A stretch of 43,199 bases of DNA, taken from positions 1 to 43,199 of the IMG/VR virus record IMGVR_UViG_3300025653_000068; one strand, given 5' to 3'. The stretch's first letter is position 1, and every line of letters begins with the position of its first letter. Under the pieces are notes generated by a model. The model worked only from the letters and a program-made list of their open reading frames with translations. It had not been told where the DNA came from and did not search any database. The stretch is from a virus (lineage: Duplodnaviria > Caudoviricetes). The position numbers were made by a program, and so were the translations under genes. Shown piece after piece: positions 1 through 7,393 of this stretch.

Positions 1-69
1 ATTTGCTGTAAGAGATGGAGATGTGTCACTCAATGTGGTGAAACCGTTTTTACTGAAATCAAAACATGA
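1..69 (+). CDS. 3' end of a Cys-rich hypothetical protein (partial, runs off window)
   Basis: Frame 1 is open to TGA 67-69 (ICCKRWRCVTQCGETVFTEIKT*); the stop overlaps an ATG at 66 (ATGA). Confidence 0.4.
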   Translation: MCCKRWRCVTQCGETVFTEIKT

Positions 70-95
70 AAAATCCAAAGAGAGTTATGGTTTTG

Positions 96-163
96 AATCC
101 ACTTCCACAACCGTCACAGCACTCCTTGACTGGGGTGCTTTTTTATTGTATAATACTCTCATA
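96..163 (+). promoter_or_regulatory. Early promoter/stem-loop cassette, copy 1 (terminator-like hairpin enclosing the -35)
   Basis: Boxes CCACTT and AACCGTCACA; stem AGCACTCC 118-125 / GGGGTGCT 132-139 then T-run; TTGACT 126-131 in the loop, 17-bp spacer, TATAAT 149-154. Confidence 0.85.
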
Positions 164-175
164 CACATCATACCC

Positions 176-592
176 ATGACCTACGAAGCAACCGTCCAGT
201 TAAAATTTGATGCTACCTACACTCCCACCTATGGTAGTGGGTTTGGTTCTACTGTAATTGATGACTTCATTCCTGAAGAGCATTACCTGATCACTGCTCC
301 TGCTGGTGATCTCAATGCCAATCAATACTTCAAATTATTTGAGAAGTTCATGCTCTGTGTGGGCATGTCTCCCGGTTCTATTAGTTCTGGTGCTATGTCA
401 TTGGTCTTCAATGAGTTTGTCAGTGAAGAAGAGCAGCGTAAGATCTGTAAAGAGTATGAACTCACCATGGATGAAGATCTTCAAGATAAGTTTGAGGAGT
501 GGAAGATTCGTGATGCTGAGGTTGAGCGTCTGATGAATAGTAAAAAAGGTCCTATGGGTACAGTTGAAGATAGTGCTAATGGAGTAGTATGA
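176..592 (+). CDS. Hypothetical early protein, paralog of 898..1464
   Basis: Start moved to ATG 176, downstream of the promoter; MTYEATVQLKFDATYT aligns with the start of the paralog. Confidence 0.85.
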   Translation: MTYEATVQLKFDATYTPTYGSGFGSTVIDDFIPEEHYLITAPAGDLNANQYFKLFEKFMLCVGMSPGSISSGAMSLVFNEFVSEEEQRKICKEYELTMDEDLQDKFEEWKIRDAEVERLMNSKKGPMGTVEDSANGVV

Positions 593-852
593 TGACTGAA
601 TACGAACAAAAACTTTACGATGTAATTGTAGATTGGTGGGACGATGTGTTTGTAAATAACAAAGATAAGAATGCAACTATTATTGATCTTGTCAAATCTA
701 TCAGTGAGATAGATGATTGGGATAAACCAATCCCGGAAGGTGTTGACCCTTATAATCTAACTGGAAGAGATCCAACACAATCTGTATGGAAGAATGGTAA
801 ACGTCCTTCCCCAGATTATTACGAAATTATTAACGGGAAAATGAATGACTGA
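589..852 (+). CDS. Hypothetical protein
   Basis: 87-aa ORF, ATGA overlap with upstream stop. Confidence 0.75.
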   Translation: MMTEYEQKLYDVIVDWWDDVFVNNKDKNATIIDLVKSISEIDDWDKPIPEGVDPYNLTGRDPTQSVWKNGKRPSPDYYEIINGKMND

Positions 853-884
853 CCACTGGTTTTTTATTGTATAATACTCTCATA
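851..884 (+). promoter_or_regulatory. Degenerate early promoter cassette, copy 2
   Basis: 860-884 TTTTTTATTGTATAATACTCTCATA is identical to 139-163; TATAAT 870-875; hairpin reduced to ACCA-C-TGGT. Confidence 0.7.
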
Positions 885-897
885 GTCAATCAGATTT

Positions 898-1464
898 ATG
901 ACCTACGAAGCAGAAGTACAATTTAAGTTTGATGCTACCTACACTCATGATTATAGTCGTGGGTTTGCATCTCACCTTGGCGATGATGACTTCCTACCTG
1001 AAGAGCATTTCCTGATCACTGCTCCTGCTGCTGATCTCAACTGCAAGCAGTATTTCAAACTGTTTGAAAAGTTCATGCTCTGTGTAGGTATGGATCCCAA
1101 ATCTATTCGTTCTGGTGCTATGTCATTGGTCTTCAATGATTGGACCAATGAAGAAGAGCAACGCAAGGTATGTAAAGAGTATGAACTGACCATGGATGAG
1201 GACCTGGAGAAGAAATACCAGGACTTCAAAGAGCGTGATGCTCAATGGGCAAAATTGAATGCTCATTATGAGAATAACTTTGGTAGTGAACCTAAGATCA
1301 AAGGTGATTGGGAGCAAATGACTGATGAAGAGCGTGAGCATCAATGGGAGACAAGTTATTGGCAACTCTATCGTCGTTTCCAACGCTTCGCTAAGTATAC
1401 TGACGAGCAACTGGAAGTGATGGCCGATATGTATGAGCAATCTAAACTTGATGGAGTAGCATGA
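898..1464 (+). CDS. Hypothetical early protein, paralog of 176..592 with a different C-terminus
   Basis: Shares PEEH.LITAPA.DLN..QYFKLFEKFMLCVGM...SGAMSLVFN...EEEQRK.CKEYELTMDEDL. Confidence 0.85.
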   Translation: MTYEAEVQFKFDATYTHDYSRGFASHLGDDDFLPEEHFLITAPAADLNCKQYFKLFEKFMLCVGMDPKSIRSGAMSLVFNDWTNEEEQRKVCKEYELTMDEDLEKKYQDFKERDAQWAKLNAHYENNFGSEPKIKGDWEQMTDEEREHQWETSYWQLYRRFQRFAKYTDEQLEVMADMYEQSKLDGVA

Positions 1465-1865
1465 TGGGTATGTTTGATTTTATACGGAGTTCTTATTACT
1501 TTGGTGATGACTTCTCTGGCAACTGTCAAACAAAAGACATTGAAGATGGTATTGGTGGTACTATGACCCAATACTGGATTGCTCCTGATGGACAACTTTA
1601 TATTGTCGATTATACGCAAACTGCTGACTTTGTGGAACTCAAAGAAGGTGATGATGGATATAATGATAAGTTAGCATTCTTTAACTTTAGGTGGATTCCA
1701 AACGGAACTCATGGTAAAGTAAGACCATATCCTATTTGTAAGTATGTTACAATCTATCCAGAAAACTGGAAGGGTGAATGGGAAGATTGGCCAGAATGCC
1801 GTATTCATTTTAAAGATGGTATGCTTCAAGACTTTGAAATTTTATCTAAAGGAAACCAAAAATGA
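1461..1865 (+). CDS. Hypothetical phage protein (MGMFD..QTKD type)
   Basis: 134-aa ORF, ATGA-coupled at both ends, GGAG upstream. Confidence 0.8.
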   Translation: MMGMFDFIRSSYYFGDDFSGNCQTKDIEDGIGGTMTQYWIAPDGQLYIVDYTQTADFVELKEGDDGYNDKLAFFNFRWIPNGTHGKVRPYPICKYVTIYPENWKGEWEDWPECRIHFKDGMLQDFEILSKGNQK

Positions 1866-2161
1866 AACTAATAAAATTCTCTCATTGTGAGGACTTTGGA
1901 CATGATTGGTATGTCCAAGTATTATTCACAAAGTGTTGGGCATTGTTTCAAGGTTCTGTGAGTTGGAATGATTTCCCCAGTTGGCCATACCTACAAATCA
2001 AATCTGGCAATGGTTGTATATTGAGTATTATGTTCTGGGCACATCGATTTGGTATTGATGTTGGTATCATTGAACGTACATGGAATTGGAACTATCAACA
2101 AGATATTGATTTTGATACATCTCTTGATGATGTTGATCCAACTATAGGACTCACAGAATAA
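1862..2161 (+). CDS. Hypothetical Trp-rich protein
   Basis: 99-aa coupled ORF. Confidence 0.75.
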   Translation: MKLIKFSHCEDFGHDWYVQVLFTKCWALFQGSVSWNDFPSWPYLQIKSGNGCILSIMFWAHRFGIDVGIIERTWNWNYQQDIDFDTSLDDVDPTIGLTE

Positions 2162-2532
2162 TGTATAGTACGCCAGTAAAAGGAACCCATCCAAATAAAA
2201 CTAAGATGAACTGGTTTGAATACTGGTTTGGTCATGCCTGGATGACAGGATGGCAGAGTATGCGAATGACATTCCGCATCTGGGCAAATCTGATGACATC
2301 AGACTATGATGGGTATGCTCTAATGAAAGAGGACGATCCTGAAACAGAATGTGTAGAATGGTTCTGGGCATCAATAAATGAAGATGATGTGTATCCCAAA
2401 GAGTTCCTGGAGTATTTGATGCAAATGGTAGAAGACATCGAACTAGGCAAGGTGGAAACATATTCTATGGATGAAGTAATGGATCGACTCAAAGATAGGT
2501 GGGGTGATGAAGAAGATACTGACATGGATTGA
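2161..2532 (+). CDS. Hypothetical protein
   Basis: 123-aa ORF, TAATG overlap. Confidence 0.75.
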   Translation: MYSTPVKGTHPNKTKMNWFEYWFGHAWMTGWQSMRMTFRIWANLMTSDYDGYALMKEDDPETECVEWFWASINEDDVYPKEFLEYLMQMVEDIELGKVETYSMDEVMDRLKDRWGDEEDTDMD

Positions 2533-2881
2533 AGACTCATTGTGGGCGTGGAGTAATGGATTCACGTTTAGATTTGTCAATTACAATGACAATGTAGATC
2601 GTTGTGCATTCTTTGAAGAGATCAACAATGGTTGGTATCACATGTATATCTACCCATATGATGACATGTATATCCCTGTCATCAGTCAAGAGCGTAGAAC
2701 ACGATTAGATCAACAACCAATCACATTCTATGTGAGTGAGGAAGATTATGATGCTATGTTCAATGCTATTAATGATCCTCCAGAACCATCTGAAGCATTA
2801 TTAAAACTATGGCAGCGCCGCTTGCCTTGGGACAGTGACAGTTCAACAAGTGGCACAGAGGGCACAGACACGCCCACCTGA
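2504..2881 (+). CDS. Hypothetical protein with DUF1778/TacA-antitoxin-like C-terminal motif
   Basis: ITFYVSEEDYDAMFNAINDPPEPSEALLKL resembles the I.LS..DF..F...L.NPP.PN..L..L tail of DUF1778 proteins. Confidence 0.6.
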   Translation: MMKKILTWIEDSLWAWSNGFTFRFVNYNDNVDRCAFFEEINNGWYHMYIYPYDDMYIPVISQERRTRLDQQPITFYVSEEDYDAMFNAINDPPEPSEALLKLWQRRLPWDSDSSTSGTEGTDTPT

Positions 2882-2892
2882 TGCCCTATAAT
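2837..2892 (+). promoter_or_regulatory. Early promoter cassette, copy 3 (divergent)
   Basis: GACAGTT and AAGTGGCACA boxes; stem AGGGCA/TGCCCT enclosing CAGACA; TATAAT 2887-2892. Confidence 0.7.
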
Positions 2893-3008
2893 AACTTCAG
2901 AAGCGAACCCTCCCCAGAAACCACCCGCCATTGGGATAGGTCTGACGGAAAGATCCTTCACTTGCTGTAGGGGAGATCAGCACCCCACCAACACATTATT
3001 TCATTATC

Positions 3009-3203
3009 ATGTCAAGCAACTCTTCCTCTTCCTCCAGCGGTATTGGTTTCCCTGGTCTGCTGACCGTGTTGTTTATTGGTCTCAAACTGACTGGTAAAAT
3101 CACCTGGCCCTGGGTGTGGGTGCTGTCTCCTCTGTGGATTAGTGCTCTGCTTGCTGTTGCTATTCTCGGTCTTGCCTTCATCATCCTGCTCCTTCAAAAA
3201 TGA
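3009..3203 (+). CDS. Small membrane protein (two hydrophobic segments)
   Basis: GIGFPGLLTVLFIGLKLTG.ITWPWVWVLSPLWIS...; downstream of promoter. Confidence 0.8.
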   Translation: MSSNSSSSSSGIGFPGLLTVLFIGLKLTGKITWPWVWVLSPLWISALLAVAILGLAFIILLLQK

Positions 3204-3370
3204 CTGATCAACACACTCTTGACTTTCAGATTGCTAACACTTTAGAGAAGGTCCAACATATCAACCCTGTGTTGTATGGTATGTGGTATAGCAAGTTGTA
3301 TCCTCCTCATGGTAACGTCAACTACTGGACTGCTGAAACTCTCACTCATCTGAATAATCTACTGAAATGA
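3200..3370 (+). CDS. Hypothetical protein, 56 aa (below ORF-track cutoff)
   Basis: MTDQHTLDFQIANTLEKVQHINPVLYGMWYSKLYPP...; ATGA overlaps at both ends. Confidence 0.7.
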   Translation: MTDQHTLDFQIANTLEKVQHINPVLYGMWYSKLYPPHGNVNYWTAETLTHLNNLLK

Positions 3371-3462
3371 TTGATACATACAAGGAGTGTGATGTCGTAA
3401 GATATGCACCACATCAAGTTGCAGAATACAAGTATTTCCTACACTGTGAGAACACCAAATGA
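3367..3462 (+). CDS. Hypothetical peptide, 31 aa
   Basis: MIDTYKECDVVRYAPHQVAEYKYFLHCENTK; ATGA overlaps at both ends. Confidence 0.5.
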   Translation: MIDTYKECDVVRYAPHQVAEYKYFLHCENTK

Positions 3463-3689
3463 CAATGCCAGACAAAACTTGGAAAGTAATGAATGACCTG
3501 CAAGAGGCATTTAATCAAATCACTACATTTAGTTTCCTTCTTGATAAACTACAAGAAGCAGTAGATGCTGGTGACACACAACGCATTGTTGATACCATTG
3601 CTGCTCTCAATGCATTTTATCCACCATACTGTGATAACTGGGATGATAAGTATAAAGTAGCATGGGATCATGTTATAAAAGGTGAGTGA
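3459..3689 (+). CDS. Hypothetical protein
   Basis: 76-aa coupled ORF. Confidence 0.75.
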   Translation: MTMPDKTWKVMNDLQEAFNQITTFSFLLDKLQEAVDAGDTQRIVDTIAALNAFYPPYCDNWDDKYKVAWDHVIKGE

Positions 3690-3772
3690 GTCAGGAAGTC
3701 AAAACAAATCTTTGTTACAAAAATGTTAGACTGACGCAGTAATACATACATACAGTAGTCACATTAAGACTT

Positions 3773-4096
3773 ATGAAGTTTCTATTATCATTATTCGTTT
3801 CACTATTTTTTGCACTTCCTGCATGGGCTGTTGATGTTCAAATGGGTGCCAATGGAAATCTCGTTTTTGAACCTGCTGAAGTTTCTATTGCTGCTGGTGA
3901 GTCAGTGCATTTTATTAATAATATGCTTCCTCCTCATAACGTAGTTGTAGAGAATCATCCAGAACTCTCGCATGAAGGTCTCGCTATGTTACCAGGTGAA
4001 GACTTTGAGGTTGCGTTTCCCGAAGCAGGAGACTATACTTACTGGTGTGCTCCTCATAAAGGAGCTGGTATGATTGGAACAGTTCACGTATCTTAG
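3773..4096 (+). CDS. petE: Plastocyanin
   Basis: Signal peptide ending AWA; LVFEP, PHNVV and Cu-ligand motif YWCAPHKGAGM. Confidence 0.97.
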   Translation: MKFLLSLFVSLFFALPAWAVDVQMGANGNLVFEPAEVSIAAGESVHFINNMLPPHNVVVENHPELSHEGLAMLPGEDFEVAFPEAGDYTYWCAPHKGAGMIGTVHVS

Positions 4097-4098
4097 TT

Positions 4099-4329
4099 AT
4101 GACAATTCCATATTATATTGATGATCCTTCTACATTTAATAAAGTAGAAGTTCCACAAGAAATCCTTTTTTATTGTGATGCTGCCACTATCGATGCCAAT
4201 CGTGATGACTTACGTTACTATGATTGTGTTTCTATGCAAATGGGATATTACGGAAATTCAAAACATGATTTAAAGAAAATGAGAGATAAGTTTTTTGATA
4301 ATATCCCGATCTATAGTGTTTTTGAATAA
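4099..4329 (+). CDS. Hypothetical protein
   Basis: 76-aa ORF directly after petE. Confidence 0.7.
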   Translation: MTIPYYIDDPSTFNKVEVPQEILFYCDAATIDANRDDLRYYDCVSMQMGYYGNSKHDLKKMRDKFFDNIPIYSVFE

Positions 4330-4442
4330 TGAGTCACGCTGATCACACTACTTTGGAGCATTTATTACTCATGTTTCTTTGTTGTATTGCTGGTTTAGGA
4401 ATCGGCACCCTATCTATCTGGGGTTATAATCAAGTCAAATAA
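4329..4442 (+). CDS. Small membrane peptide, 37 aa
   Basis: MSHADHTTLEHLLLMFLCCIAGLGIGTLSIWGYNQVK; TAATG overlap, one TM segment. Confidence 0.65.
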   Translation: MSHADHTTLEHLLLMFLCCIAGLGIGTLSIWGYNQVK

Positions 4443-4454
4443 AAATCATAATCT

Positions 4455-5105
4455 ATGAAAATCTTTTTAGATACCGCTGACACCAAACTGATTGAAAAAT
4501 ATTTTGATACTGGATTAGTAGATGGTGTCACTACTAATCCCACACTAATCATGAAGAGTGGTAAAGATCCTAGAGATGTTTACCAAGACATTAAAGACAT
4601 TGGTGTTCAAGACATTAGCATGGAAGTTGTTGGTGATTTTGAACAAATGTATTGTGAAGGATACAAACTTGCAAAAGAGTTTGGAAATGTTGCTACTATT
4701 AAAGTTCCTTGCACTAGAGAAGGTTTGCACACATGTAAAGCACTTTCTAGGGAAGGCATTAAAGTAAATGTTACATTAATCTTTAGTATGGCCCAAGCAG
4801 TTCTTGCTGCTAAAGCGGGAGCAACATATGTCTCTCCTTTTGTTGGAAGACTCGATGATCAACAAGTTGCTGGTCTAGAAGTTGTTCGTGGTATTGCTGA
4901 TATCTATCGTATCCATGGAGTTAAAACTCAAGTCCTGTCAGCATCAATCCGTAGTGTTCATAGAGCATTGAGATCTTGGTATAATGGTGCTCAGGTAGTC
5001 ACGATGCCACCTGATGTTTTTGACAAAATGTATGATCATATTCTTACTGACAAGGGACTTGAAATCTTTAACAAAGATTGGGAATCCGTAAATGAAAAAA
5101 TTTAA
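4455..5105 (+). CDS. talC: Transaldolase (TalC/FSA family)
   Basis: MKIFLDTAD, GVTTNPTL, TIKVP (Schiff-base Lys), NVTLIFS, YVSPFVGRLDD. Confidence 0.97.
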   Translation: MKIFLDTADTKLIEKYFDTGLVDGVTTNPTLIMKSGKDPRDVYQDIKDIGVQDISMEVVGDFEQMYCEGYKLAKEFGNVATIKVPCTREGLHTCKALSREGIKVNVTLIFSMAQAVLAAKAGATYVSPFVGRLDDQQVAGLEVVRGIADIYRIHGVKTQVLSASIRSVHRALRSWYNGAQVVTMPPDVFDKMYDHILTDKGLEIFNKDWESVNEKI

Positions 5106-5163
5106 TGACGAGTTGCAACAAGGCAACGAACTATTAAAAGCAATGGGTAGATTGGAATCATGA
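5092..5163 (+). pseudogene. 23-codon mini-ORF, possible internally deleted plastoquinol terminal oxidase (PTOX) remnant
   Basis: MKKFNDELQQGNELLKAMGRLES: as recalled, the N-terminus resembles cyanophage PTOX starts and the rest resembles its last DExxH helix; overlaps talC end, ATGA-coupled to zwf. Confidence 0.4.
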
Positions 5164-6491
5164 GAGCATTAGTTATTTTTGGTGCCACTGGAGATTTATG
5201 TAAACGAAAACTTATTCCTGCACTTTACAGTCTCTATAAGAAAAACCTTTTACCAACAGATCTTGTGATTGTAGGATCTGCAAGAAGAGATATTGGAGTA
5301 AAGGCATGGAAAAAATCTTTAGGTGAATATCCTGAAGATTTTATGCATCATTTAGATTATCAATCATCCGATCTTTCAGTAATCAAGTCTTTGAAAAATC
5401 TGGGTGACTTTGAACACACAACTTATTTTCTTTCTGTACCCCCAGAAAGATATGCTGATTCTGTCATTAACTTAAAAAACGCAGGACGGTTAAATGACCC
5501 AGAAAAATCGCGTGTGGTTATTGAAAAACCCTTTGGGTACGATCTTAAATCTGCTAATCATCTACAATCTGTGGTGGCTGGACATCTACGAGAGAAACAG
5601 GTATATCGCATTGACCATTATCTCGGTAAAGATACTGTTAATAATATCCTTGCCACCCGCTTTAGCAATATACTACTGGAACCACTTTGGAACAGGCAGT
5701 ACATAGAAGAAGTTCAGATCTTTGCTACAGAGACTCTGGGATGTGAAGGACGCTCACAATACTATGAGGGTGCTGGAGTGGTTAGAGACATGCTACAGAA
5801 CCATATGCTTCAGGTTCTAGCATTGATTGCTATGGAACCTCCTTGCAGAAATGATGCACGGGAGATTCGTAGGGAGAAGACAAAAGTTCTTGCTGCAACT
5901 AGACTTGGACAAAGACTTGTTTGTGGTCAGTACATTGGATATAAAGATGAAGAGGGCGTAGATCAGGACTCTATTACTCCAACTTTTGTTGCTGGTGATT
6001 TATACGTTGATAACTGGCGTTGGGAGGGAGTTCCTTTTCACTTCATGACTGGTAAAAAATGTCCAGTCAATTGTGTAGAAGTTGTTATTAAGTTTAAATC
6101 TCCACCTCAAACTTTATTTGATGGTCATGAATGCAATGATCGTATTGTTATTAGACTTCAACCAGATCCTCATTTAGACATGAGGATTGACATCAAAGCA
6201 CCAGGACTTGAAGATAGGGTTGAACCTGCATTGTTGCAGTATCATTACCCAGTCGAAAAAGCAGTTGATGGTTATGAAAAACTTCTTTATGATGCTATGA
6301 ATGGAGATCAATCCCACTTTGTTCATTCTGATGAAGTATTAGAATCTTGGAGGATTGTTGATGATCTTTTGTGTGTTGGAGAAAGTTGTCCAATACGAAC
6401 AATGCCTTATCTATATCATGCTGGTATTTGGGGACCATGGAACAAAGTAGATGGGATTACTAAATGGGATTACCCATTAAAACTTAAGTAG
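5160..6491 (+). CDS. zwf: Glucose-6-phosphate 1-dehydrogenase
   Basis: VIFGATGDL, VIEKPFG, YRIDHYLGK, RDMLQNH, RWEGVPF. Confidence 0.98.
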   Translation: MRALVIFGATGDLCKRKLIPALYSLYKKNLLPTDLVIVGSARRDIGVKAWKKSLGEYPEDFMHHLDYQSSDLSVIKSLKNLGDFEHTTYFLSVPPERYADSVINLKNAGRLNDPEKSRVVIEKPFGYDLKSANHLQSVVAGHLREKQVYRIDHYLGKDTVNNILATRFSNILLEPLWNRQYIEEVQIFATETLGCEGRSQYYEGAGVVRDMLQNHMLQVLALIAMEPPCRNDAREIRREKTKVLAATRLGQRLVCGQYIGYKDEEGVDQDSITPTFVAGDLYVDNWRWEGVPFHFMTGKKCPVNCVEVVIKFKSPPQTLFDGHECNDRIVIRLQPDPHLDMRIDIKAPGLEDRVEPALLQYHYPVEKAVDGYEKLLYDAMNGDQSHFVHSDEVLESWRIVDDLLCVGESCPIRTMPYLYHAGIWGPWNKVDGITKWDYPLKLK

Positions 6492-6499
6492 AAGGAAGT

Positions 6500-6535
6500 A
6501 TGAAAGTAGGAATGATCGGATTGGGACGGATTGGA
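6500..6535 (+). pseudogene. gnd: 5' remnant of 6-phosphogluconate dehydrogenase
   Basis: MKVGMIGLGRIG is the Gnd N-terminal GxGxxG motif; AAGGA RBS, directly after zwf; similarity stops at the promoter cassette (6541). Confidence 0.8.
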
Positions 6536-6540
6536 AGCAC

Positions 6541-6620
6541 TCTAAACCACTTTCTGAACTGTCACACCACCTCTTTACAGGGGTGGTTTTTATTGTATAC
6601 TGACTACAGGCAAAACAAAC
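6541..6620 (+). promoter_or_regulatory. Early promoter/stem-loop cassette, copy 4
   Basis: CCACTT and AACTGTCACA boxes; stem ACCACCTC/GGGGTGGT with TTTACA 6574-6579 in the loop; T-run; TATACT 6596-6601. Confidence 0.85.
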
Positions 6621-6622
6621 AC

Positions 6623-6997
6623 ATGTTTAATTTCTTCAAAAAGAAACCATCAGACAAATCTGAACGACTTATTGGACAAGAACTGATTGATAAAGTCAAA
6701 GATCTTGATCATTTAAGTAAAACTGAGATTGCCATTGCTTGTGGGTACTATCGAGTTGTGAACGGTGAGACTTACCCACGTTTTACTGAATTTTACACTG
6801 CACTTCTGGATTCCAAAGGCATACCTTTAGGACCCCATCGCAAGTTGAGTTATCGTGCAATGGTTCAGGGCAACGGCAATATCGTGATCGGCAAAGCTTA
6901 CACTGCCATGATGGATTTACATCCTGGTGATGAGTTTGACATCAAACTTGGTAAGGATTTTATCAGATTGACTCGTGTGGGTGTGATGGATATCTAA
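6623..6997 (+). CDS. Cyanobacterial AbrB-like (cyAbrB) transcriptional regulator
   Basis: AIACGYY...FYTALLDSKGI...RKLSYRAMVQGNGNIVIGKAYTAMMDLHPGDEFDIKLG matches the cyAbrB pattern; true start ATG 6623 after the promoter. Confidence 0.9.
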   Translation: MFNFFKKKPSDKSERLIGQELIDKVKDLDHLSKTEIAIACGYYRVVNGETYPRFTEFYTALLDSKGIPLGPHRKLSYRAMVQGNGNIVIGKAYTAMMDLHPGDEFDIKLGKDFIRLTRVGVMDI

Positions 6998-7061
6998 ACC
7001 AATTCCTAAACTGTCCACCACCTCTACACAGGGGTGGTTTTTTATTGTATACTGACTTCAG
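6993..7061 (+). promoter_or_regulatory. Early promoter/stem-loop cassette, copy 5
   Basis: Near-direct repeat of 6541-6609: TCTAAACCA...AACTGTC...CACCACCTCT..ACAGGGGTGGTTTTTTATTGTATACTGACT; TATACT 7048-7053. Confidence 0.85.
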
Positions 7062-7073
7062 TTGCAAAAACAG

Positions 7074-7391
7074 ATGAAACCATTTATTTTTATTGCCGGG
7101 GGAGTAGTTGGACTTGGTGCCTTAATCTGGGGTCTTGCTTATCATGGCGTTATTTTCACATCAGTCTTTGCTCCACAATATGAGAATGTTCGGAGAAAAA
7201 CTTTCGAGCAATCAAAATCTTTTCGTACTGGTGCTATTCAAGAACTGCAGAATATGCAGTTTGAATACATCAAAGCATCTCCTGAACATAAAGTAGCACT
7301 CGCATCTATTATTCGTCATCGTGCTGCTGAAGTTCCTGCTGATGCAATGCCCATTGAACTTCAAACTTTTATCTCCAATCTACCTAATTGA
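7074..7391 (+). CDS. Membrane-anchored hypothetical protein
   Basis: N-terminal TM segment FIFIAGGVVGLGALIWGLAY; start ATG 7074. Confidence 0.8.
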   Translation: MKPFIFIAGGVVGLGALIWGLAYHGVIFTSVFAPQYENVRRKTFEQSKSFRTGAIQELQNMQFEYIKASPEHKVALASIIRHRAAEVPADAMPIELQTFISNLPN

Positions 7392-7393
7392 TC

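Noticed and set aside
23-175. N-terminal extension of the first ORF in the track
   Set aside because: Runs through the promoter/terminator cassette; the paralog indicates the true start is ATG 176
3712-3755. Possible NtcA or RpaB (HLR1) site upstream of petE
   Set aside because: GTA..TAC spacing is 5 or 9 rather than 8, and the GTTACA/GTTAGA repeat is spaced 11 bp rather than 10; too weak
6500-6997. Single 165-aa gene as in the ORF track
   Set aside because: Composite of a gnd stub, a non-coding cassette and an AbrB gene starting at 6623
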